Assembly (NCBI GenBank): GCA_963922875.1
Contig: CAWUJH010000002.1
Location: 198,938-222,937 of the forward strand
Origin: an uncultured Ketobacter sp.
Lineage (GTDB): Bacteria > Pseudomonadota > Gammaproteobacteria > Pseudomonadales > Ketobacteraceae
Direction of reading: 5' to 3'
DNA length: 24,000 bases
Under the pieces are notes generated by a model that searched no databases, had not been told where the DNA came from, and was given only the letters and a program-made list of their open reading frames with translations. How positions within the stretch are numbered: position 1 is the stretch's first letter; every line of letters begins with the position of its first letter. A program made the position numbers and the translations under genes. Of this stretch, positions 11,701 to 18,146 are shown piece after piece.

Positions 11701-11877
11701 ATCTTCATCAATCGAAGACAACTTGACATAGTGTTGACCCGTCTTGCCGATATCTTCAACGTCGGAGCGCTGTATATCAGCGACAACCCACTGCCTACGA
11801 CGCACCTCAACCAATTGTCCTGGTTCAGGCGGTGTCGAGTATCTTCCACTTACTCTTTGCGTCGTATTGTCCGTCAC
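8728..11877 (-). CDS. drmD: SNF2-like DEAD/DEAH helicase, DISARM DrmD-like (1049 aa)
   Basis: Walker A IADDVGLGKTIEAGLVIQELL; DEAH motif VLVVDEAHNIAPSG; LFLTATPHNGYTESF; C-terminal helicase motifs ILLATDAASEGIDLQ and NPNVMEQRNGRIDRHGQ. Confidence 0.87.
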   Translation of the reverse strand: MTDNTTQRVSGRYSTPPEPGQLVEVRRRQWVVADIQRSDVEDIGKTGQHYVKLSSIDEDGLGEELEVVWEIEPGAHVIENKGLPSITGFDESKRLEAFLDAVRWGAATNADRGFLQAPFRSGVSIEDFQLDPLVRAIDLARANLLIADDVGLGKTIEAGLVIQELLLRHRARSVLVVCPASLQEKWRGEMLEKFGLEFKVVDTDYVKKLRRERGIHVNPWTSFPRLITSMDWMKSGEGLRLMRDILPVYPTYPRKFDVLVVDEAHNIAPSGSGSYAVESQRTKLIRTLSPHFQHRLFLTATPHNGYTESFTSLLELLDDQRFARNILPDEAQLAQVMIRRLKSDLVDKDGNPLYPKRSLQALKIDYTDAERQIHKQLEAYALSRLESAEDGQAQFGTKFINNLLKKRLFSSPAAFASTLERHVENIHKGYSKKKSDIDDRILRKLIAKTEEDYRDDIGYESAQTEAVEEASRRVPPLTDEQRALLVPMRDWAQSAMNQVDSKAKAILNWLESHLKENGDWNGKRVILFTEYRTTLDWLHKILATHDYGGERLAILHGGIDHQDRERIKAAFQAHPTQSNVRILLATDAASEGIDLQNYCNYLIHLEIPYNPNVMEQRNGRIDRHGQREKEVFIWHPVDADTSKGAIGGHADDILRALRKIDSMRQDLGSVNALIEPQISQVLEGTRTELETAVAEQKMASAKRYMRADARLRERIERLHSRLLETQEDFHLTPERIKAAVDTALLLAGKPPLKPIELPDTPSVTIYQMPALTGSWARCAEGLEHPHTHQIRPITFDHQVAKGRDEIVLVHMNHRLVQMCLRLLRAEVWAQEDVKKLHRVSVKALPDDQLEGPALVVVSRLVITGGKHHRLHEELIESGGLLSDTSFKRETRVGEVRRWLEESAPCNVDEPTTVALATRFDRHLEAIKSAVSSRANERLKTLANTLRIQQEKESKDINDVLNELEKTIRHELEFERQPEQLGFVFEDLNEVERTQLKRDNQALEARLARIPKERESEIEAIAMRFSDPSQHAFPVAAIILVPQSLSAQPE

Positions 11878-11880
11878 TTT

Positions 11881-12342
11881 TCACCCCATATTTTTTGTTC
11901 TGTTGTAAACCGCCTCAATGATTCTTTTGACGGCTATCTCCGGGTCTTCGTGCTCCCAGATTCTAACGACATACCATCCGATATTAGTGAGGCTTTGATC
12001 CGTGTCTCTATCACGTTCACGATTGGTCTCGATTTTGTTTCGCCAAAATTCGGCGTTGGCTTTCGGCCAAGAACCATGTTCAAGACACCCATGCCAAAAG
12101 CATCCATCCACGAATACAGCGACCTTTGCACGAGCAAATACAATATCGGCTTTTCGCCTTGGCTTGCTGAGGACTGGGTAGTCGACCCTATACCGCAACC
12201 CTTGCGCAAATAAGCGCTTACGAATTCTGGTCTCTGCAGACGTGTCTCTCTGCCCGGTTGCAGCCATTCGCTTGCTTGCAGCAGCGGACGATGGAGCGGG
12301 TGAGGTTCTTTTACGAGGCACACCCATTCTCCCAGCTAACAA
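11881..12342 (-). CDS. vsr: Very short patch repair (Vsr)-like DNA mismatch endonuclease (153 aa)
   Basis: SAETRIRKRLFAQGLRYRVDYPVLSKPRRKADIVFARAKVAVFVDGCFWHGC...W..K...N..RD...LT..GW.V.RIWEHE, the diagnostic Vsr core. Overlaps the upstream Dcm-like gene by 7 bp. Confidence 0.92.
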   Translation of the reverse strand: MLAGRMGVPRKRTSPAPSSAAASKRMAATGQRDTSAETRIRKRLFAQGLRYRVDYPVLSKPRRKADIVFARAKVAVFVDGCFWHGCLEHGSWPKANAEFWRNKIETNRERDRDTDQSLTNIGWYVVRIWEHEDPEIAVKRIIEAVYNRTKNMG

Positions 12343-13376
12343 ATCAATTCGTATTCTTCCAGGTGAGCCTTGATACTTTTAGCGATGGCTTGGCCCAGAC
12401 CTACGGGAACTGCGTTGCCGATCATCCTTCCCAGGGTTCTAAACTCAACGGATGCTCCTCTCTCAATAAATTTATAATCTCGAGGAAACCCCTGAATCAC
12501 TGCCGCTTCGCGTAAAGAAATAGCACGGTCTTGTTCTGGATGTCCAAACCGCCCGTTTCCATAACCGTAGCATTGAGTGGTCATGGTCGGGGCTGGCTTA
12601 TCCCATTCCATTCGGCCATAGACACTGGGATATGTTTTACCTGAACCCTCTTTGTGGCAGTCAGCTACCAGTTTCTTAGGCCAGTCTCGCCACGTGCCAC
12701 CCGGTTTCGATGCTCGTATTCGTTTTAGATTAATTTCACTCAAAGTTGCAGAAACATGGAGCTTGTCTCGCTCGGAGCTCTCACCAGCTGCTATTGGTTT
12801 TAGTCGACCGATTACTTGTTTAACAGTCCTCGGCTTTTCATGCGTCTTTTCGATCATCTTGATAGGGCCGTACTGCGAAGCGAGTAAGACCAACCTTTTT
12901 CGAGTCTGAGGGACACCATAATGAGTGCTATCGACGACGCTATACCAAACGTGATAATCAAGCTTCTTGAGATCAGAAACAAAGTCATGAAAGACTTCAT
13001 GCTTTTGTACACTAGGTACGTTTTCCATCGTAATGACTTCTGGTCGAGTCCCTTCCGCCAATCTTGCAAATTCGTAAAGAAGCCCCCAACGTTCGTTTCG
13101 ATCTAATTCATATCTTTGTGAATAGGTAGAGAACGGCTGGCAGGGTGCGCAACCCGCCAGGACTCGTATTTCCGCCTCACCAAACAATGCCTCAATCTCC
13201 TCGGGCTCAAGTTCAGAAACATCCCGCTCCAAGAAAACGGAGTTATTATTCTTTTCATATGGATAGCGGCAGGCAGCATCCAAATCTATTCCTGCAACGA
13301 CGGGTAACCCTTCCTTTACAAAGCCATGAGTCAAGCCACCCGCACCACAAAATAAATCGACACATGAAACTGTCAT
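12336..13376 (-). CDS. dcm: DNA (cytosine-5-)-methyltransferase, Dcm/HpaII-like (346 aa)
   Basis: Motif I CVDLFCGAGGLTHGF; catalytic motif IV VLAGCAPCQPFSTYSQ; motif VI TMENVPSV; YGVPQTRKRLVLLAS; C-terminal motifs LREAAVIQGFPRDYKF and MIGNAVPVGL. Confidence 0.94.
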   Translation of the reverse strand: MTVSCVDLFCGAGGLTHGFVKEGLPVVAGIDLDAACRYPYEKNNNSVFLERDVSELEPEEIEALFGEAEIRVLAGCAPCQPFSTYSQRYELDRNERWGLLYEFARLAEGTRPEVITMENVPSVQKHEVFHDFVSDLKKLDYHVWYSVVDSTHYGVPQTRKRLVLLASQYGPIKMIEKTHEKPRTVKQVIGRLKPIAAGESSERDKLHVSATLSEINLKRIRASKPGGTWRDWPKKLVADCHKEGSGKTYPSVYGRMEWDKPAPTMTTQCYGYGNGRFGHPEQDRAISLREAAVIQGFPRDYKFIERGASVEFRTLGRMIGNAVPVGLGQAIAKSIKAHLEEYELIC

Positions 13377-13438
13377 GGATTAGTGCTCTCTATCTAAAAA
13401 CAAAGTTTGTGAAATATATGCCATTTGTTTTTTTACCA

Positions 13439-13651
13439 TCAGGTTTCGTTAGAATTTCGTGGTTCATCTTCACTAGGCTCGGCGGCTTGACCGGAGCGAA
13501 CCCACTCATCCACCTCGGATGCTTTAAACTTCCATAGACGTCCAACTCGATGCGCAGGCATACCTTTCTTGTTCCGCCATGTGTAGATCGTATCCTTGCT
13601 AACCCCGAGGTGTTCGCTGATTTCTTCTACAGAGAGCCATCTGTCAGTCAT
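13439..13651 (-). CDS. Small helix-turn-helix/excisionase-family DNA-binding protein (MTDRWLSVEEISEHLGVSKDTIYTWRNKKGMPAHRVGRLWKFKASEVDEWVRSG...)
   Basis: Complete HTH_17/AlpA-type fold signature. The ORF track starts at 13669, but the internal Met at 13651 gives the canonical N-terminus for the family. Confidence 0.88.
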   Translation of the reverse strand: MTDRWLSVEEISEHLGVSKDTIYTWRNKKGMPAHRVGRLWKFKASEVDEWVRSGQAAEPSEDEPRNSNET

Positions 13652-13689
13652 ATGGAGGTGCCCAAGCAAATTGTTTACGGATTTTTCCT

Positions 13690-13703
13690 AGTATGCTGAT
13701 ACT
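13690..13703. promoter_or_regulatory. Candidate operator dyad AGTAT-GCTG-ATACT upstream of the HTH gene, nested in CCTAGTATGCTGATACTGGCATAGG (13687-13711)
   Basis: Perfect 5-bp arms with 4-nt spacer; a second dyad TATGC...GCATA (13692-13696/13705-13709) overlaps it. Located ~40 bp upstream of the first gene of the minus-strand operon. Confidence 0.3.
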
Positions 13704-13997
13704 GGCATAGGTTTAGTGGTATTAAAATAGAACAAGCAGGATTTGGCAAGAATAAGTAGGGTTTGGCCGGGCATTTGCCGGTTTGGATTTTAGGTAAAGC
13801 AAAATGAAAAGGTGGGAAGGGCGAAAATTGAACTGAAGGTTAAGTTTAATATTGAGTCCGAGCTTAACTTTGTTAATAAGGAGGTTTAGTGGTGGGGTAG
13901 GCAGAATTGAATACAGGGGGAGCGTGCCAGGGGAGGTCAACCCAGCCCTAGCTTCGTGTATGCGTTTTGATGAACAGATGAAGTTCGGGTTGCTGGG

Positions 13998-14867
13998 CTA
14001 CAGTTCTATGATTTTGATTTGTGCTGCTTGATTGGGTGGAACTGGAGTTGATTCTTTCTCAACAAAATCATTTGGATCGGTTCTTACGAAGCCGTCTTCC
14101 AAATTATTAAAGTCGAATAAGTTTCGGTCAGCTAATTGGGAAGGGGACACATTAGTCAAGGCCTTAAGCATGTTATACACCGCTTGAGGGTGTTCCTTCT
14201 CCATATTTGCAAGCATCGCTTTGGTAGCTTGTCGTTGGAGGTTTTCTTGGGAGCCGCAAAGGTTGCAAGGAATGATCGGGAATTCGCGAGCTGCAGCGTA
14301 GCGCTTGATGTCTTTCTCTCGACAGTAGGCTAATGGGCGAATCACAATGTTTCGCTTGTCATCGCTCAGTAGCTTTGGAGGCATCGCTTTTAAAGCTGCT
14401 CCGTGGATCATATTTAGAAACATGGTTTCCACTATATCATCCGCATGGTGACCAAGAGCCACTTTAGTAGCGCCAAGAGCATTGGCTGCATTGTAGAGAA
14501 TGCCTCGTCGCATTCTGGAACAGAGCCAGCAGGTTTTCTCTCCCTCAGGAATTTTTTCTTTTACGATGGAATAGGTGTCTTTCTCAATGACCTTATACTC
14601 GACCCCTAATTCTTCTAGGTATGTTGGGAGTACGTGTTCTGGGAAGCCTGGCTGTTTTTGATCCAAGTTGACCGCGATGATGCTGAATTCTATCGGCGCT
14701 ACCTTTTGCAGGTGCATCAAAGCGTCTAGCATTGTATAGGAATCGGCCCCTCCAGAAAGGCAGGCCATAATCTTGTCGCCATCCTGGATCATTGAGTAGT
14801 CTAAAACTGCTCGACCCACTTCGCGGTTGATCATTTTACGGAGTTTGTTGAAATTCTTGCTGCTCAT
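13998..14867 (-). CDS. ttcA: tRNA 2-thiocytidine(32) synthetase TtcA, full length (289 aa), apparently the island-borne copy
   Basis: PP-loop motif [15 protein letters not shown]; [13 protein letters not shown]; [10 protein letters not shown] and [14 protein letters not shown] Cys motifs; [11 protein letters not shown]. Collinear with recalled E. coli TtcA. Confidence 0.93.
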   Translation of the reverse strand: MSSKNFNKLRKMINREVGRAVLDYSMIQDGDKIMACLSGGADSYTMLDALMHLQKVAPIEFSIIAVNLDQKQPGFPEHVLPTYLEELGVEYKVIEKDTYSIVKEKIPEGEKTCWLCSRMRRGILYNAANALGATKVALGHHADDIVETMFLNMIHGAALKAMPPKLLSDDKRNIVIRPLAYCREKDIKRYAAAREFPIIPCNLCGSQENLQRQATKAMLANMEKEHPQAVYNMLKALTNVSPSQLADRNLFDFNNLEDGFVRTDPNDFVEKESTPVPPNQAAQIKIIEL

Positions 14868-14902
14868 TTGGTCTACGTCGTGAAAAAGGGTATATTCTGC
14901 CT

Positions 14903-14920
14903 GAAAATCAGCTGGTTTTC
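14903..14920. repeat. Near-perfect 18-bp palindrome GAAAATCAGCTGGTTTTC upstream of island ttcA
   Basis: Read directly; only one non-Watson-Crick pair (T:G) across the dyad. Confidence 0.45.
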
Positions 14921-14923
14921 TTC

Positions 14924-14942
14924 AAAAGAAGGGTCTTCTTTT
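14924..14942. repeat. Perfect inverted repeat AAAAGAAG-GGT-CTTCTTTT
   Basis: Read directly; 8-bp arms, 3-nt loop, 3 bp from the preceding palindrome. Confidence 0.45.
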
Positions 14943-15058
14943 ACAGAAATGGGCGATATTGTAAAGGTTAAGCGGGTATTAGCATAATAGAAAGGTGAGT
15001 AAATACAAAGGGTTAGAGTATTTGCTGGGACTAATTGGGTGCAGGTTATTCAATATAA

Positions 15059-15820
15059 GGCAAGGATTCCTACACGATGCTGGAAATATTGCGCAATCTG
15101 CAAAAAAGTGCCCCCATTGATTTCGAACTGGTGGCGGTGAATATGGATCAGAAGCAACCGGGATTTCCAGAACATGTGCTGCCGGAGTATCTGGATGGTT
15201 TAGGGATTGAGTATTATGTAGTGAATCGTGATACCTATAGTGTGGTCAAAGAAAAGATTCCCGAAGGGGCGACTACATGCGGGCTCTGTTCGCGCTTACG
15301 TCGTGGCACATTATATGGCTTCGCCGAAGATATTAACGCCACAAAAATTGCCCTTGGTCATCACCGGGATGATATGGTGGAAACCATGTTTCTGAATATG
15401 TTTTATGGTTCCAGACTCTCTGCAATGCCACCAAAACTGTTGTCTGATGATGGCCGTAATATTGTAATTAGACCACTTGCTTATTGCCGGGAAAAGGATA
15501 TCGAAGCCTTTGCGCAGCATAAGCAATTTCCTATTATTCCCTGTAATTTATGCGGTTCCCAGGAAAATTTGCAACGACAGAATATTAAGGTCATGTTACG
15601 CCAATGGGAGCGCGAACAGCCGGGTCGTATAGAGCATATTTTTAGTGCGATGCAAAACATAAAGCTTTCACAAATGGCCGATACGAGTTTATTTGATTTT
15701 GCTAATTTAACTCTGGATCGCAGCCAGCCTCGTCCTGAATATGAATTCTCCTCTGATAAGACCGTTGTGGGAAAGACCGCTATCAACGGGGCGAAAAAGC
15801 TTTCATTGATTAATTTGTAG
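15059..15820 (+). pseudogene. ttcA: 5'-truncated resident ttcA: reading frame starts at [22 protein letters not shown]..., lacking the N-terminal ~40 residues and the complete SGGxDS PP-loop
   Basis: The frame upstream of the predicted ATG (15077) reads GGC AAG GAT TCC TAC ACG = G K D S Y T, matching Ttc[11 protein letters not shown]. Immediately 5' is TAA (15056-15058) and unrelated sequence. The downstream protein retains CGLC, CNLC and [16 protein letters not shown]. Confidence 0.87.
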
Positions 15821-15911
15821 TGGATTCAGGATTTCTCCACTGGTTTTCCTTAGTTAAAAAATTCTGGATTGGATGGTTGATCACAGGGTTGCTTAAATCG
15901 TTGATTGGCGC

Positions 15912-17141
15912 TTGGGGTACTGTTTGAACTATATCTGGGCTGGGTTCTTTTTCGTCGCGGTTATATCGAGCTTTTATCAGTGGTTTCTTGGTGACACTGC
16001 GATATTGCAGGCGGTCGTGCAAAGCAGCTTTGAAATGGCAAAGTTGGCAGTAGAGATCGCCTTGGGATTAATTGGTCTGTTGGCGCTTTGGTCGGGATTG
16101 TTTCGCATCGCCGAGCAAGCGGGATTAGTAGCAAAGCTGAGTGTACTGTTAGGGCCCTTGTTTCGACGCTTAATGCCTGAGGTGCCGACCGGTCACGAGG
16201 CCCATGGCGCTGTGACCATGAATCTAGCGGCCAATATGCTGGGTTTGGATAATGCGGCTACGCCATTGGGTTTGAAAGCAATGGAAGCATTACAGAAACT
16301 GAACCCGGATAAACAAACGGCATCAAATGCTCAAATATTGTTTCTGGTACTCAATACCTCTTCGGTAACTTTGATTCCGGTGACAATTTTTATGTACCGG
16401 GCACAATTGGGTTCGGTTGATCCCACTGCTGTTTTTGTTCCCATATTACTCGCTACGCTGGCCTCTTCAACGGCGGGGTTAGCGAGTGTTATGTGGATTC
16501 AAAAAATTCCTTTTGACCGTGTCATAGCAGCTTATCTGGGTGGTTTTCTTGTTTTGATGAGCTCGACATTTTATGGATTAAGTAGTTTGTCTAAGGCTGA
16601 TTTGAGCTCGGTCTCTCAAACCTTGGCCAACGGTTTATTGTTGGCAATGATCACGGTTTTTTTAGGGATAGGTATAAAACGGAAATTAGCCGTTTATGAG
16701 GTGTTTGTCGATGGGGCCAAGCAGGGCTTTGACACGGCGGTAAGGCTCATTCCCTATTTGGTGGCAATGTTGGTAGCTATCGGTATGTTTCGTGCGAGTG
16801 GAGCCCTAAATACCCTTGTGCAGGGCATAAGTGATCTGGTGGCCTGGTGTGGACTTGACACTCAGTTCGTGGAAGCATTGCCCGTGGCCTTTATCAAGCC
16901 GTTTAGTGGCAGCGGCGCACGAGCGATGATGCTCGATGTTATGAATGCTCAAGGTGTTGATTCCTTTGTAGGGCAATTGGCTGCTGTCATGCAGGGCTCC
17001 ACAGAAACCACCTTCTACGTTCTAACGGTGTACTTTGGTGCCGTGGGTATTACCCGTATGCGTTATGCAATATGGGCGGGGTTGTTATGTGATGTCGTAG
17101 GAATAACTTCAGCAATCTTTTTAGCCTACTGGTTTTTCTAA
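15912..17141 (+). CDS. Nucleoside recognition / Gate-domain membrane protein, resembling fused SpmA-SpmB (409 aa)
   Basis: Multiple hydrophobic helices; GAVTMNLAANMLGLDNAATPLGLKAMEALQKLNP (SpmA signature) and a second half with KPFSGSGARAMMLDVMNAQGVDSFVGQLAAVMQGSTETTFYVLTVYFGAVGITRMRYA (SpmB signature). Confidence 0.85.
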   Translation: MGYCLNYIWAGFFFVAVISSFYQWFLGDTAILQAVVQSSFEMAKLAVEIALGLIGLLALWSGLFRIAEQAGLVAKLSVLLGPLFRRLMPEVPTGHEAHGAVTMNLAANMLGLDNAATPLGLKAMEALQKLNPDKQTASNAQILFLVLNTSSVTLIPVTIFMYRAQLGSVDPTAVFVPILLATLASSTAGLASVMWIQKIPFDRVIAAYLGGFLVLMSSTFYGLSSLSKADLSSVSQTLANGLLLAMITVFLGIGIKRKLAVYEVFVDGAKQGFDTAVRLIPYLVAMLVAIGMFRASGALNTLVQGISDLVAWCGLDTQFVEALPVAFIKPFSGSGARAMMLDVMNAQGVDSFVGQLAAVMQGSTETTFYVLTVYFGAVGITRMRYAIWAGLLCDVVGITSAIFLAYWFF

Positions 17142-17171
17142 GTCTAAATTGTGCCATAATTCACGAGTTTT

Positions 17172-18146
17172 ATGTTTTTTTCTTTGGGTATTGATTTAAT
17201 GAATGTTGGCAAGGTGGATCTAAATCTATTGGTGTACCTCGACGTATTGTTGCGGGAGCTGAATGTCACTCGAGCAGCGGAGCAGTTGGGGATTACTCAG
17301 CCCGCTATGAGCAATGGACTGAAGCGCTTGCGGGATCTCTTTAACGACCCATTGTTGATTCGTTCCAGCGAAGGAATGAAGCCGACGGAGAGAGCCTTAG
17401 AGCTGCAGCCAAAGGTTCGTCAAATATTGGCAGACACCTTTTATCTTTTGGAGCCTAAACAGGAATTTAAACCGCTAGCCAGTCGTCGAGTGTTTCGGGT
17501 GATGGTGAGCGACTATGCTGAGGCCACTTTGATCCCTGCCTTGATCAAACATATTCGCAGTGAAGCTCCCAATATTATTCTCGATTTTTTAACGCCCAGT
17601 GACGTGAGCTATCAAGATATGGAGCAAGGGCGAATTGATATGGCCATTAATCGGTTTAATGAAATACCACAATCCTTTCACCAAAATACCATCTGGGAAG
17701 ATAGCTTTTCTTGCCTGGTAAATAAAAATAACCCTATTGCAGAAAACTTTAATTTAAAAACCTATTTAAATGCCCAGCATATCTGGGTGAGTAAAACGGG
17801 AATAGGTGTTGGGTTTGGCGTGAACCCTGAGAAATCGGGAGGCTTGGGCTGGATTGATCAGGCATTACAAAGAATCGGCAAAAAGCGAAAAATAACGATT
17901 TTTACTCGCCACTACCAAATGCCTGGATTATTGGCTCAAAATAATGACTTAGTGGCGACCTTGCCGACCAAAGTGGCAAGAATGCAAGCAGAGAATTCAC
18001 GTTTGGTTATTTTAGATCCACCGTTTTATATACCTAATTTTGAATTGAAAATGGCTTGGAGTCCTTTGTTGCATCAGAATGCTGGTCATCAATGGCTACG
18101 CCGCTTAATCATGTATACTGCAGAGAGATTAGCTGAAGACGGCTAG
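17172..18146 (+). CDS. LysR-family transcriptional regulator (324 aa; true start possibly ATG ~17201)
   Basis: N-terminal winged HTH DLNLLVYLDVLLRELNVTRAAEQLGITQPAMSNGLKRLRDLFNDPLLIRSSEGMKPTERA, followed by a substrate-binding-like domain. Confidence 0.93.
   Translation: MFFSLGIDLMNVGKVDLNLLVYLDVLLRELNVTRAAEQLGITQPAMSNGLKRLRDLFNDPLLIRSSEGMKPTERALELQPKVRQILADTFYLLEPKQEFKPLASRRVFRVMVSDYAEATLIPALIKHIRSEAPNIILDFLTPSDVSYQDMEQGRIDMAINRFNEIPQSFHQNTIWEDSFSCLVNKNNPIAENFNLKTYLNAQHIWVSKTGIGVGFGVNPEKSGGLGWIDQALQRIGKKRKITIFTRHYQMPGLLAQNNDLVATLPTKVARMQAENSRLVILDPPFYIPNFELKMAWSPLLHQNAGHQWLRRLIMYTAERLAEDG

Noticed and set aside
4634-11877. Interpreting the large N6-MTase plus helicases as BREX or a type I/III R-M system
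   Set aside because: No PglZ, BrxC or BrxL and no HsdS/HsdR or Mod/Res architecture. The DrmD-like / DrmMI-like / DrmA-like order fits DISARM better.
15077-15820. Treating the plus-strand TtcA ORF as an intact, functional gene
   Set aside because: It lacks the N-terminus and the PP-loop SGGxDS needed for ATP binding. The in-frame codons upstream of the ATG match TtcA until the TAA at 15056, showing truncation.
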